A DNA stretch of 64,000 bases from a virus (lineage: Duplodnaviria > Caudoviricetes). The stretch spans positions 1-64,000 of IMG/VR virus record IMGVR_UViG_3300035544_000079; one strand, written 5' to 3'. Under the pieces are notes generated by a model. It was given only the letters and a program-made list of their open reading frames with translations. It made no database searches and was not told the DNA's origin. Shown in pieces: positions 21,080-32,911 of the stretch; the first letter of the stretch is position 1, and each line of letters begins with the position of its first letter. Position numbers and translations under genes: made by a program.

Positions 21080-21646
21080 ATGGCTAAAGATAAAACAAAG
21101 CAAAAATCAGCAGAAGATATTTTAATGGAATTACATTCTAATACATCTATTCAATCTGAACAAGAAGAGACTTCAAAACAATTAACTCTTAAAGAGAAAT
21201 CTAGCAAAGAGGACTTAAAAGACTTAGTAACAACAGAAGCTACTAAAGAAAAGAATTTAACTGAGACAGATTACTTAATACTTGAACAACATTGTTTAGG
21301 AGTTGATGAAAAAGTAATTTGTGATGAGTTTAATATTACTAAGGGTTATTTAAGAAGTCTTTTTAGAAATAGTAACTCAAGTAAATTTGTTGAAAAGTGG
21401 AGTCAAAGTACCCAACAAAAAGTATTAACCCAAAGTACTGCTAATATTGCTACTGGAATGGATTTATTAACCAAAAAGATTAATAAACTTATTCTTGAAG
21501 GTAAAGAAGATTCAGCTATTAGAGAAATGTTTGGTAAACTTAGTTTAGTTGAAGTACACGAAAAACTTGCTAAACTAAATTCTGAACAAGAAGAAGATAC
21601 ACAAGCTCCTATACAAAATCTTTTCCTTAACTTACAACAAAGGTAA
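21080..21646 (+). CDS. terS: terminase small subunit (putative)
   Basis: Position directly before terL; HTH-like central region. Confidence 0.6.
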   Translation: MAKDKTKQKSAEDILMELHSNTSIQSEQEETSKQLTLKEKSSKEDLKDLVTTEATKEKNLTETDYLILEQHCLGVDEKVICDEFNITKGYLRSLFRNSNSSKFVEKWSQSTQQKVLTQSTANIATGMDLLTKKINKLILEGKEDSAIREMFGKLSLVEVHEKLAKLNSEQEEDTQAPIQNLFLNLQQR

Positions 21647-21649
21647 GAT

Positions 21650-23095
21650 ATGGAACAAAAGACTTTTGAAAGATTAGTTCCTAAGAATGTTTTAGAATAC
21701 CAAGAAACTTGTGGATTAATTAACCCTATTCAAGTTGCTGAAATGTTAGGACATACTTTACATGAAGGGCAACAAGAATTAGCTAGTTACTTCTTAGCTG
21801 AGAATAGGCATAAGTGGGATATTTATGTAGCCCTTTGTTCAAGAAGATGGGGTAAATCATTTGTTGCTGACGATGTTGCTATTGCTGAGTTATTAACTCC
21901 TAATGCAAGAGTTGCTATTATCACAATGGGACTTAAAAGAGCAAAGGAACACTTCAAAACTATCTTGAATGGACTTAATTCAATACCTGCTTTAAAAGGT
22001 AAAGTTAAAGGGTTAAAACAAGAACAAACTATTGAGATTGAGATTAATGGGAAAATAAGTACCTTAATCATTTCTTCTGAAACAACGTATGAAGCAAGGG
22101 TTGTTGGTACAGAGCTAACTTTACTTATTTTAGATGAATTTTTCCTTATCAATCCAATTATCCAACAAGAGCTTCTTGATGCTATTATTCCTACAATGGC
22201 TACTTATGGTACTTACCCAAATAGCTTAATTAAATATGGTAAAATTGCTATATTTAGTACACCAAGACTTGGAAAACTACAATCTCCAGCAGGTGTCTTA
22301 TTTGCTAAAGCTGAAAACAAAGACCCTGAATTTGATTCTTATGTTTATTCTAAATACGATGTTTATTCAAACCCACTTGTAACAAATGAGATTATTGAAT
22401 CAGATAGAAAGAAAATGTCTGAAAGTAAATTCAAAAGAGAGTATTTACTTGAATTTGATAATGGTGGAACAAAAGTTTTAAGTAATTTCTATGAGCAAAA
22501 ACACGTTATAAATGTTAGAAAACTAGAACATCTTAAAAATAGAGACGATTTATATTTAGTAATTGCTTACGATTATGGACAATCTGATGGTAATGCAGGT
22601 TTATTTGCACTTTATGACGAAAGAATTCATACTTATTACTTTATTGAAGGTACTTATGCTAAGAATAGACTTACGAGAGATATGTATTCAGAAGGAATTA
22701 AGATTAGAGATAACTTAATGAAAGAGTTTAATATATCCAAAGATAACATAGTTTATTTTGGAGACCCTAGCTCACCTGAACTTATCAAATTAGGTTTTAT
22801 TGATTATGGTATGAGAATTATGAAAGCTAAAAATGATAGAAAAGAAGGGTTTGATAAACTAAATGAACATCTAGAGGGTACTCCAGAGATTCCTTCAACA
22901 ATCTATATAGACCAAAAATTAACAGAAGTTATTAGACAATGGGACTTTGCACAATTTAAAGAAATCAATGGAACAGTAACGGTTAATTATGATAGGGATA
23001 TATTAGAAACACATTTTGAATTTGTTGATACAGCAAGATACATTGTATATACATTTGATAAATACATAAAGAAAACAAAAATATTAGTAGCTTAA
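21650..23095 (+). CDS. terL: terminase large subunit
   Basis: SRRWGKS Walker A, LLILDE Walker B, RNase H-like AYDYG...FGDPS nuclease domain. Confidence 0.92.
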   Translation: MEQKTFERLVPKNVLEYQETCGLINPIQVAEMLGHTLHEGQQELASYFLAENRHKWDIYVALCSRRWGKSFVADDVAIAELLTPNARVAIITMGLKRAKEHFKTILNGLNSIPALKGKVKGLKQEQTIEIEINGKISTLIISSETTYEARVVGTELTLLILDEFFLINPIIQQELLDAIIPTMATYGTYPNSLIKYGKIAIFSTPRLGKLQSPAGVLFAKAENKDPEFDSYVYSKYDVYSNPLVTNEIIESDRKKMSESKFKREYLLEFDNGGTKVLSNFYEQKHVINVRKLEHLKNRDDLYLVIAYDYGQSDGNAGLFALYDERIHTYYFIEGTYAKNRLTRDMYSEGIKIRDNLMKEFNISKDNIVYFGDPSSPELIKLGFIDYGMRIMKAKNDRKEGFDKLNEHLEGTPEIPSTIYIDQKLTEVIRQWDFAQFKEINGTVTVNYDRDILETHFEFVDTARYIVYTFDKYIKKTKILVA

Positions 23096-23118
23096 AGAGG
23101 CTACACAAAAGGAAATAT

Positions 23119-23481
23119 ATGAAAAGATTATTTGATAAAATATATTTTTCCTCAGAGCTACTAAGCGATAAAGTTTTAGTAGGAGGAAATAATAAAAACT
23201 TACTAAAATTTTTAATTGCTGATACTATTTCAGCTACAGAAATTGACCAAGTAGAATTAAAACTACAGGCTCCTTCAACTGAGCGTGGGGGGCTACCTAC
23301 TTTAGTTTTAGATTGGGAAATACTTACTAAAGATACAGATAATATAAACATTTTTGAAAAAGAAATTACTTTTACTGAAACTGAAAGTATAACAGACATT
23401 GAAGGGGTTATTAAAATTACTGATACAAAGGGCAATATTTTTTATAATCAATACAAACCCTTTGAATTAAAGGTTTTATAA
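23119..23481 (+). CDS. hypothetical protein
   Basis: 120-aa ORF with SD between terL and portal; stop overlaps portal ATG. Confidence 0.6.
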   Translation: MKRLFDKIYFSSELLSDKVLVGGNNKNLLKFLIADTISATEIDQVELKLQAPSTERGGLPTLVLDWEILTKDTDNINIFEKEITFTETESITDIEGVIKITDTKGNIFYNQYKPFELKVL

Positions 23482-24845
23482 TGATACTTAAGAAAGTTTT
23501 TCAATCAAAAGAAAATCCAAGTAAAGTAACTAAAAACCCTTTAATTAAAGCAGAAGCTCTTGGATATAAAAATGGACAAAAAAGACCTGTTGGACAACAA
23601 ATTTATAAACAATGGATTAATCAAATATCTGCTTTAAGAAATGTTCTAGGAACAACTTCTGAATTAGCAAGTGGTGCTAGTATTAAGTTTTATAAAGTAG
23701 ATACAAAAGGTAAAAAGAAACTAATACTTAACCCTAAACAGTTTGATACAATGTTTATGAATGATATAGATGATGTTAGTTCATTTTTGTACAACTACTT
23801 TGGACAAATTAAAACTTATGATAATGTCTTTATTATCCCTGAAGAAAGTAAATACCCTTACAGAAAAGGTAAAATAGATTTCTTTATTGCTGATAATACT
23901 AATTGGTATGCTAATCCAAACGAAACTGGAAAACAAACTATTGATTCATTTACTTATAGAAGTAATCAAGGAATTGAGACTCAGTATAAGTATGAAGATG
24001 TTATTTATATTAGAAAGCCATTAACTTCAAGTAACTTATTATATGGTGTTTCAAGACTACAATCTCTTAATGAAGAAGTTAATAGAATACTTACAATGGG
24101 AGGTTATGTAGATAATTATATAGCAAGTGGTGCTAAAAAATCTATTATTATTGGTGCAGACAGTCCAATGTCTCCAAATGACCAAATGGATACTATCGAA
24201 CAATTTAATTCTTTCTTAAAAGACCCTAATACAAAAGCTTTAATGATTGATACTGAAAAACTTAATATTAAAGAGGTTTCTGAAAGTTTAGCTTCTACTG
24301 ATGTTATTAACTTTTTAGTTAAGCTTAATAAACAAGTTTTAGAATCATATAATTTACCGAAGTTTTTATTAGGAAATTATGCTGAAACAAGTAATGCTGA
24401 ATTAGTAAGACTTTCAATGAGAATATTCTTTCAAAGTGTTTTATACCCTGAGTTTTTAAGATTAGGTAGACATTTAACTAGATATGCACAAAATATTTTA
24501 AATATTAAAAATATGGAAATTGTATTTGATTTTGATGGTATTAATTTATTAGAAGACTCACTAGATGAAAGGTTAAAAGCAACTTCTGAAATGTTTAAAT
24601 TAGGATTATTGAGTCCGAATGAGGCACGAGTTAAACTAGGTGAAGATAGTATAGACTTAGAATCTATGGATAAACACTATAGTCCAAGCTACCTATATTC
24701 AGGATTACCAGTAAGTTATGAGAATTATGACCAAGATATGGAAGCCAAATTAAATACTGAAAAACCAAGCAATAGTTCAAACCAAGATACACCAAAAGGT
24801 GATGGTAGAGAGTCACAATCAGAAGATTTAGGAGGGCGTGTTTAA
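23481..24845 (+). CDS. portal protein (HK97-like)
   Basis: YGVSRL, YNLPKFLLG, LSPNEARVKLG motifs; position. Confidence 0.88.
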   Translation: MILKKVFQSKENPSKVTKNPLIKAEALGYKNGQKRPVGQQIYKQWINQISALRNVLGTTSELASGASIKFYKVDTKGKKKLILNPKQFDTMFMNDIDDVSSFLYNYFGQIKTYDNVFIIPEESKYPYRKGKIDFFIADNTNWYANPNETGKQTIDSFTYRSNQGIETQYKYEDVIYIRKPLTSSNLLYGVSRLQSLNEEVNRILTMGGYVDNYIASGAKKSIIIGADSPMSPNDQMDTIEQFNSFLKDPNTKALMIDTEKLNIKEVSESLASTDVINFLVKLNKQVLESYNLPKFLLGNYAETSNAELVRLSMRIFFQSVLYPEFLRLGRHLTRYAQNILNIKNMEIVFDFDGINLLEDSLDERLKATSEMFKLGLLSPNEARVKLGEDSIDLESMDKHYSPSYLYSGLPVSYENYDQDMEAKLNTEKPSNSSNQDTPKGDGRESQSEDLGGRV

Positions 24846-25960
24846 TGTGTTCTCCTTTGAAAGTATGTAGAAAGTGAGGTATTGAGGCACACACTAAAGA
24901 ACATCTTAATATTTTTGTTAAGAGGAAATATTCATTAGATGGGTATGATAACTTATGTAAAAAATGTAAAAATAAATTGGATAAGAAATATAAGTCAAAA
25001 GAGTATATTGAAAAGAGACTTGAAGAAAAAGCTAACCACCTAAGGAAATGTACTAGGTGTGGACTAGAAGCTAAAAGTATTGATGATTTACACATGTTTA
25101 CTCCATCTAAGGGAAGCGAATATGGGAGACAGAATAAATGTAAATCATGTACTAAAATACTTGATTTTGAAAGAAAGCAAGACCTAGAGATAGCATGGCT
25201 TAATAAACATACTTACTATAGAAAATGTAACGACTGTGGGTTAGAGGCAAATAATGAAAGAAGTTTAATATTATTCATAGAATGTAATCGTACCCCTTTT
25301 AATCATAGAAATTTATGTAAGGTATGTAATGCTAAAAGGAAAAATCATATATTACAAGAGGATATTAGACTTTATAAAAGAAAGTGTACCACCTGTGGAT
25401 TAGAGGGAAAAACATTAGAGGATTTAGAAAATAACTTTGTAATAAATAAAAACATGTTACATGGATACAGTAATTTTTGCTTATCTTGTAGAAGTAAAGA
25501 ACGTATTAAGGCAATGAACGAAAATATAGAATTAAGAATACAAGATAGAAAAACGTCAAGAATAAGAAGTGTTAAAAAAAGAAGTCATCCAAAACAGTAT
25601 TCTTACGACTCTGAATTAGAAGAGTTCCTAATTGATACTATATATGAAACTTGTTTAGAAAGAGCCAATAAATTTGGGATTCATCTTCATGTTGACCATA
25701 TATACCCACTTAATTCAAATCTAATGAGTGGATTACACATATCCTCGAATTTACAAATTGTAACTGCTGAGTATAATTTAATGAAACAAAATAAGGTAGG
25801 TAAAGAGTTCCCAGAACAAGAAAATGTAACCTCTTTAAGTGACCATATAGGAAATAGAGATGCCCCTTACAAAGTATTTCAAGCCTTAGGATGTAATATG
25901 ACTTGGGAAGATTTCTTAGTATATGAGAAAAAATACTATAAGGATAGTTTATATGAGTAA
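24845..25960 (+). mobile_element. HNH homing endonuclease with CxxC repeats; in-frame TGA at codon 11
   Basis: HVDHIYPL...GLHISSNLQ HNH motif; repeated RKCxxCGLE units; frame extends to ATG 24845 except TGA at 24875-24877. Confidence 0.75.
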
Positions 25961-26029
25961 AAATGAAGTTAAATTTAAAACCTATTCATCTTTTAAGAAT
26001 TTCAAAGAAGATGAAGAAAAAGGAATATA

Positions 26030-27421
26030 ATGAAGATTAATAAGAATATTAATATTAGTATATCTAGTAAGAACTTTAATATTTCAGAAAGTCAAGACGA
26101 GATTACTTTAGAAGGGTATGCTTCTAAAATGTTTGATAATGGTAAAGAAGTAGTTGATTTAGATAGTGAATTTGTTGATACAAAACAATTTGAACTTATT
26201 GCTAAAAGACTACTTCTTAACCATAAACTTGAAGATGTAGTTGGAGAAATTGAATTAGAACATAGACCTGACGGTATTTACTTAAAAGGTAAAGCCTATA
26301 AAGACACTATGGATTCAAAAGAATGGGCTAGATTAAGAAAAGGTCTTTATTCATTCTCAATAGGGTTTACTGTTGAAGATGGTGAATATAGAGAAATCAA
26401 TGGACAAGAGACTTTAACATTTACTAAGGGAATCGTATATGAGGTGTCTCTCGTACCAATTGCCAGTAATCCAAAAGCTATTATTGATAATATGAAATCA
26501 ATAAATATGGATAAAGGTTGTATTGGACTTCAATGTTCAGTTGACCAAATCAAATCTATGAATCCTAATATGCCTTGTGATTGTTTAGAGGATTTAAAGA
26601 AAGAAGCTGAAAAAACTAAAGGGAAAGAAATGGATAAAGAAACTAAAGAAGCTTTAACTAAAAGTATCCAAGAAAATATTATCAAGGGATTAACTATTGA
26701 AGAAACTATGTCAGAAATTTGGAATGTAGATGATAATTTATGGCAAATGTTTAGATATTTCATTCAAACTATAGAAGATAATATTTATGAATTTGAATGG
26801 TCGGATAGTTATGATAGAACTGAGATGGTTACAAATATCAACTCAGCAATGGAATTATTTAAACAAACTCTTGAAGAAGAATCACTAAGAATTGGTGAAA
26901 CTATAGGGAAAGAAATTAATCAAGAGGTTATTACAAAAGGGAAAGATATGAAAGATAAACAAAAAGAAACTAAATCTACTGAAACAGAAACACCTTCGGA
27001 AGAAGTAACTCAGGAAACTCCAAAAGAGGTTGAAACAAAAGACTCTGAAACGGATTCGCAAGAAGAAGTTAGCTCAAAAGAGACTCAAGAACAACCTTCA
27101 GAAACGAGTGAAAAACCAACTGAGAAACCTAATGAAGAACCAAAAGAAGATTTAGCTAAAACTTCAGAAGAACAACCTTCTACACCTTCAGAAACTACTG
27201 AAGTTGAACCTAAAGCTGAACCAACTAAGGAAGAGCCTAAAGAAGTTCAAGAAACAAAAGTTGATGAGCCTAAAGTGGTTCAAGAAAAGCCTTCTATTTT
27301 TGAATTTGATTTAGTAAAAGCTGAACCAGAAGAGATTGCAGAAGCATATGATAAGTTAGCTGATAGACTTGAAGAAATTGAAAGATATGTTGAAGCTGAA
27401 CTTGCAAAAGATACAGAGTAA
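26030..27421 (+). CDS. prohead protease fused to acidic scaffold-like region
   Basis: LEGYAS, LLNH, SFSIGF, EVSLVPIASNP; low-complexity E/T/P/K C-terminal half. Confidence 0.88.
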   Translation: MKINKNINISISSKNFNISESQDEITLEGYASKMFDNGKEVVDLDSEFVDTKQFELIAKRLLLNHKLEDVVGEIELEHRPDGIYLKGKAYKDTMDSKEWARLRKGLYSFSIGFTVEDGEYREINGQETLTFTKGIVYEVSLVPIASNPKAIIDNMKSINMDKGCIGLQCSVDQIKSMNPNMPCDCLEDLKKEAEKTKGKEMDKETKEALTKSIQENIIKGLTIEETMSEIWNVDDNLWQMFRYFIQTIEDNIYEFEWSDSYDRTEMVTNINSAMELFKQTLEEESLRIGETIGKEINQEVITKGKDMKDKQKETKSTETETPSEEVTQETPKEVETKDSETDSQEEVSSKETQEQPSETSEKPTEKPNEEPKEDLAKTSEEQPSTPSETTEVEPKAEPTKEEPKEVQETKVDEPKVVQEKPSIFEFDLVKAEPEEIAEAYDKLADRLEEIERYVEAELAKDTE

Positions 27422-27460
27422 TCTGTAAGACTAAAATAAAAATAAACAAGGAATAAATTT

Positions 27461-28681
27461 ATGTCTAAATTTGAAAAAATGATTAAAGAAAAAGTAGAAA
27501 CAAAAATGCCTAAAGCAAATGCTCCAAAAGAGACTTTCTCTAAAAATTCTACAGATTTTTTAACTGCTGAAGAAAAATCAGTAGTAACACAAGGTATTAT
27601 TGCTAAGAAACTAAGACAAGGTCTTGGACAAGAATTATCTGATGCAGATAAATATGGTTTAGAAAAATTAGCACAAACTAAAGCTCCAACATTATCAGCA
27701 GATTTAGTTGATTTAGTAATTGAGTCAGATATTTTATCACCAGACTTAGCTAAAGATATGTGGTCTCAAACTACTTTAGGTAAAATTTTACCAATGCAAG
27801 AAGTAGAAGATTTAGCATTAGCAGTTACTATTGATAACTTAGATGCTTCAATGAGAGTTATTGGTGAAGGACAAGATTCTAAAGAAACTACTAACACATT
27901 CAACAAAATGAAACATTTCGTGTATGATATTGGTGGATATGCTTCTTACTCTTACTTAGCTGAAAATAGAAGTATTATTGATATTGCTTCTAACAAGTTA
28001 GGTGCTTTACAAAACTCTTGGGCAAGAGCTGTAGAATCATTTGCTATTAATGGTAATAATGCAGGAACTCACCCTGATGCAAACTTTGGAGCAGGTGATG
28101 CTGACATTGTTGAAAAATTTGGTAAAGGTTTAAGATTTATTGCTAAAGAAAAAGAAACTGTAGACTTCGGTGGAGCTTCTTTATCTGATGATAACTTAAT
28201 CAAATACATTCAAGAAATGGGATTAAAAGGTGGAGTTTATTTAGACCCTAACGCTGTTGCTAATAACGAAGTTGCTTTATTAGTTACTCAAGGTTTATAC
28301 CTAAGAATGGCTAGAGCTAAAGATGTGTTCCAAGCAGTTAACCCTCAAACAAATGATGGACAAGTTGCTAGATTTATGGGTGTTCCAGTTTATATGTCTT
28401 CATATATGCCACAAAAAACTAATGCAACAGGTGTTGTTGATGCAGTTGGTGCTAATAATACTTTTGATTCAGCAATTATGATTAATAAAAACTTCTTCAA
28501 AATGTACACATATGGTTCTCCAATTGTAGAAACTGATAGAAATATTATTAACAAAACTAAACAAATCACTTTATCAGGGTATGTTGGTTGCTCAGGGCTA
28601 TTTGATTCGTTGAATGAGACATTCCCAGTTGATACAACTAGAAAATATGCTACTTATGGTGTAAACATTAATGTAGCTTAA
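27461..28681 (+). CDS. major capsid protein (HK97 fold)
   Basis: 406 aa after protease, FMGVPVY motif, followed by a terminator. Confidence 0.85.
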   Translation: MSKFEKMIKEKVETKMPKANAPKETFSKNSTDFLTAEEKSVVTQGIIAKKLRQGLGQELSDADKYGLEKLAQTKAPTLSADLVDLVIESDILSPDLAKDMWSQTTLGKILPMQEVEDLALAVTIDNLDASMRVIGEGQDSKETTNTFNKMKHFVYDIGGYASYSYLAENRSIIDIASNKLGALQNSWARAVESFAINGNNAGTHPDANFGAGDADIVEKFGKGLRFIAKEKETVDFGGASLSDDNLIKYIQEMGLKGGVYLDPNAVANNEVALLVTQGLYLRMARAKDVFQAVNPQTNDGQVARFMGVPVYMSSYMPQKTNATGVVDAVGANNTFDSAIMINKNFFKMYTYGSPIVETDRNIINKTKQITLSGYVGCSGLFDSLNETFPVDTTRKYATYGVNINVA

Positions 28682-28708
28682 TAAGATTGAGGGAAACCTC
28701 TTTCTTAT
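28681..28708 (+). terminator. intrinsic terminator after capsid gene
   Basis: GAGG-GAAA-CCTC hairpin followed by TTTCTT. Confidence 0.7.
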
Positions 28709-28744
28709 TAAATAAAATAAAAAAACCTTAAAGAAAGGAATTAA

Positions 28745-30718
28745 ATGAAGTTAAAATACAAAGGTGACTTTAATTTATCTTCTGTTCAAAAATCTTTTAA
28801 AGGAAAAGACTTAGAGAAAGTTTATGAACTATCTGATACTGATGGTAAGTACTTACTAAATACTTTTAAAGAATTATTTGAACAAATTGAAGAGAAACAA
28901 ATAGAAACAGAGCCTAAAGAATCTCCAAAGAAAACAGAAACAAAAACAACTAGAACAAAAGTTAAACCTAAGACAGAAACAAAAACAGAAGCTAAGTAAG
29001 GGGTTTAAATGAAAACTTCTTTTACGGACTTTAAACTTAGCTTTAGTATTAAAGATAATACAAACGATACTGAATATGCTAGTATTATGAGAGGAGTTCT
29101 TAAAGAACTTTACACGATATTCGGAATTGCTTTAGTAAGAGATACTGAACAACATTCCGAAACAATTACTCTTGAACATGATACTGAAACTCAACTCATT
29201 CATAAGAACATAAAAGAACTTTCTATTGACCATCTTGGGACATATGTAGAAGGAACAGATTATGTAGTTAATTATGAAGAAGGAACTATTACAAGTTTAA
29301 GCTCAGGCTCAATACCTAACAATCAATCTCTTACGATTAATTACTTTTATTATGTTTTTATAAATGAGTCTGATACACTTACTCTTGAAATCTTTCCTAG
29401 ACAAAACAAAACAAAATATTTTATTGGAATAAAACCTTATACACTTAATAAAGTAACTTATGAAGGAAGCACTCTCACAGAGGATTATGATTATTATTTT
29501 TATAATAATAAATTTGAATTACTTTCTGAACCTACTAATCTGAGAAAACCTTATCTCTTAGATTTAAATGTAGGATATGATATTGTACCTGATGATTTAA
29601 GAATGGCTTTTTACGAACTTATTAAATTAAGATATGATAGAAGAAAAGCTAAAGCTGATATTATCTCAAGAGTACAAGATGTTGATGGGTCTGAAACTAC
29701 TTATAGAGAATCTTCTATTCCTAAGCATTTATCGGATATTTTTTATAGTTACTCGGGTAGAAGCTTAGCTATGGTAGGATAAGTTATGGCTACTATAAAA
29801 GGGTTTAACCAATTAAGAAAAACAGTTATAGCTAAATCTGAAAAATCTTTTAAAGTAAAAGTTAAGAATTTTGTTGATTCAGTTAATAATTTAAAAAGTA
29901 AGCTATTAAAAGTTCAACAAAGAAAGTTAATGAATAGAAGTATTAATGATGGTAAAACTGATTTCCCTCATAAAAGAACAGGTAATTTAATGAGAAACTT
30001 AATAGATATTAGAGTTGATACATATAGACCAAATAACTATAAAAGAAAAGGTAACTTAATATCTTATACTCACAAAACTTCTAATATATTAGATGGTGGA
30101 GATGAGGGTACAACAGTTTTTAGAATATATAAAGGGAAGAGATATAAATATGCTGAAATTTTACAAAATAGTGATAAATTTAGTAAGTGGAATAGATACT
30201 TTGAAAGATTACAAGCTATTTTTGAAAAACAATACCGAAGTAGTATCTCAAGAATACTTAATAAAATATAAAGGGAAAATATGGATGATGAAAGATTAGT
30301 TCCTACTAGAAAGATTATAGAAGAACTTAAAGATATAATTGAATACTCAAATATTTTTAATAAAGTAGAAATAAGTAAAAATATAGCACTAACTCAAGAA
30401 AATACTTTCCCATCATGTTATATAAAAATAGATGGTACTACAAATGAGTTAAATGGAAATATAGGAACAGAAGATGGTTGTGAATATGATAGGGTTATGA
30501 TGATTAGAATAAGAATGTTCTTAGAAATGTCTGATAATAATCCTCTTGAATTTTTAGATTTTCAAGATAAAGTTGAAACAGCTATTTTAACAGATAATCC
30601 TCTTTGGAAGATTATTTTAGATAGAGATATAATAGGGACTGAGTGGGATAATGATACTAGTTATCCTAAAAAAGAGGGAGAACTTTCTTTACTTGTTAAG
30701 TGGAGAACGCAGTCGTAA
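28745..30718 (+). CDS. head completion/neck cluster (28745-28999, 29009-29782 adaptor, 29786-30271, 30281-30718 tail terminator-like)
   Basis: Synteny between capsid and tail tube; adaptor has GYDIVPDDLRMA. Confidence 0.6.
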
Positions 30719-30781
30719 GACTTTAAACAAAACAGATAAAAATAAACTAATTACACAAATAAACTAATACAAAGGAAAATA

Positions 30782-31978
30782 ATGGCAAAGCTAACGAAAA
30801 GTTCAGTTATATACCTTGCCGAAGAGACAACTAGAGGTCAAGCTAAAGCAAGTACTGCTGATTATCTTTCTACTGAAGTTTCTGCTAATTTACTTGCTAG
30901 AACAGATGGAACACTTGCTACTATCGTTGATGATGGTGGAACTCTTTATAGATTCTTAGGAACAGAAGATGAAGTTGCAGTAAATTTAACACTAGAAGAT
31001 TTTACTAATACAAACAGATGGGCTAATATAGGTTCAGCTTGGGCTAGCACTGATGCTGTTCTATTTCAAACTACATCATTTGGTTCTCTTTCTATTGAAG
31101 CTTTGACTAGAGAAAACTTAAACTACTCATTTAGAAATTGCCCAACAATCGCAGGAACTGAGAGTAACTCTTTTACAGGAGATATTGAGCTGGGGATTAA
31201 GCCAGTAAGTGGAGCTGAAGCAGGAAACTTAAGGGGGCATTATTTATATAAAAATTCTCTTGGGGCTTATATAGAAAAAGGTGCTAATGTTGATAAAGGG
31301 GCAGGAACTGTTACAGAAGTTGCTACTACAACAGGTGTTTATGATTTATATACTGGAGCAAAACCAGACGAGATTATCTCTACACTTGCTGTAAGACAAT
31401 ATGAAGGTGGAAGTCCTGACGAAGTTATGGACTTTGGAGGATTAGTTACAGCTACTTCTACTTTCAATGTTTCAGCAGGACAAATTATTAATGTTTCTCA
31501 CTCTTTAGAAGGGACAGAGACATTTATTAATACAACTACACAACCAACACCACCAACTATTTCATGTGGTGAACAACCAATGGTAGCAAAGAGATTAGGA
31601 TTCAGAGTTGATGGAGATACTTATGAAGTTTCTGATTTAACTCTAACAATTACTAATACACTTAATGACCGTCAATTTATCAATTCTAGTGGCATTGGAG
31701 AGAAGATTACAACAGCTAAACAAACTACAATTTCTTTTACAAGAGACTTAGATACTTTTGCTGATATTTTAAGATATAAACAAAATCAATCTGCTACTGT
31801 ATTTGTAGAACTTGTTAATGGCAACGGTGACGAAATTATTATATATTTACCAAATGTTCTTACAAGTGAGCTTTCAAGAAGTGACGATGCAGGAGTAATT
31901 TCTCAAGGAATTACTTTTGAAGCATTTGATGATGTAAATGGTAGAGATGTATATATTGCTACTAAAAAGGGAATCTAG
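30782..31978 (+). CDS. major tail tube protein
   Basis: IYLAEETTRG N-terminus, S/T-rich beta content, position before chaperone and tape measure. Confidence 0.75.
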   Translation: MAKLTKSSVIYLAEETTRGQAKASTADYLSTEVSANLLARTDGTLATIVDDGGTLYRFLGTEDEVAVNLTLEDFTNTNRWANIGSAWASTDAVLFQTTSFGSLSIEALTRENLNYSFRNCPTIAGTESNSFTGDIELGIKPVSGAEAGNLRGHYLYKNSLGAYIEKGANVDKGAGTVTEVATTTGVYDLYTGAKPDEIISTLAVRQYEGGSPDEVMDFGGLVTATSTFNVSAGQIINVSHSLEGTETFINTTTQPTPPTISCGEQPMVAKRLGFRVDGDTYEVSDLTLTITNTLNDRQFINSSGIGEKITTAKQTTISFTRDLDTFADILRYKQNQSATVFVELVNGNGDEIIIYLPNVLTSELSRSDDAGVISQGITFEAFDDVNGRDVYIATKKGI

Positions 31979-32086
31979 AAGTTAAATCTTCTAGGTTCTT
32001 CTGTTTATCTTTTATAAAGATATTATAGAAAAGAAATTCATATTTTTATAAAGGTTAATTACCTAAAAACAATAAAAGGGAAAGAT

Positions 32087-32476
32087 ATGGCAAAAAGACA
32101 ATTAGTAACACTAGATTTAGATAAAGAATTTATTTGGACTCCAACAGATGAGATTGATGAAGAAAAGCCTACTAAATTCTACTATAAAGCTTTAAGTAAT
32201 AGAGAATATGAAAAAATAAATGCACATATTATTAAAGCAGAAGATGGAGTTATTTTCTCAGAAGAGGGCGTAGTAAATTATGATACTGTTAAATTAAAAT
32301 TAGTAAAAATTGAAGATATTGAAATAGATGGTTCATTAAAAAATTTTGATAAAAAAGATATTACAGATAAAATATTAGACTCATTACCAAGAGAGTGGAT
32401 TGCTGATTTAGCAACTCAGATTAGAGTAACTTCTATTTTAAAAGGTAAGGAAATAGAGGAATTAAAAAAGTCTTAG
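32087..32476 (+). CDS. tail assembly chaperone (gpG-like)
   Basis: Ends GAA TTA AAA AAG TCT TAG, containing slippery A-AAA-AAG. Confidence 0.8.
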   Translation: MAKRQLVTLDLDKEFIWTPTDEIDEEKPTKFYYKALSNREYEKINAHIIKAEDGVIFSEEGVVNYDTVKLKLVKIEDIEIDGSLKNFDKKDITDKILDSLPREWIADLATQIRVTSILKGKEIEELKKS

Positions 32477-32823
32477 CAGTACAATTTGACGAAAAATTCT
32501 CAGAGTGGAATTGCTCAACTTGTACTGATAGAGACAAGATAACAAGAGGTTGTAAAAGAAAAGATTATAAAGGAGATAAGCCTCCTTTTTATCAAACTTA
32601 TAAAGTTAAAGAATATACTTTTAAAGGCTGTCCTCACTCAGATACAGATTGGGGTATATTAGATGAAGCACAGAGTAGCTATGAGTTTTACTCTGATGGT
32701 TATTTACCAAATAAAGGTACTATACTAGACCAATCTAATTTTTTCATAATAACATCTAAATTAATAAAAACACAGATAAGTACAACCGAAAGAGAAAGAC
32801 TAGAAAAAGCTAAAGGAAAATAG
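32464..32823 (+). CDS. -1 frameshift extension (gpGT-like)
   Basis: -1 frame open from the slippery site to TAG at 32821-32823; contains GYLPNKGTILDQS; no start codon of its own. Confidence 0.8.
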   Translation, partial: KKVLAVQFDEKFSEWNCSTCTDRDKITRGCKRKDYKGDKPPFYQTYKVKEYTFKGCPHSDTDWGILDEAQSSYEFYSDGYLPNKGTILDQSNFFIITSKLIKTQISTTERERLEKAKGK

Positions 32824-32911
32824 TCCTTTAGCTATATAAAGGGTATTATTTTGAAAATATTTATAAATGATGTTTTGAGAAATAAGTGTTCTCAAAATAA
32901 TAAGGAAAACA

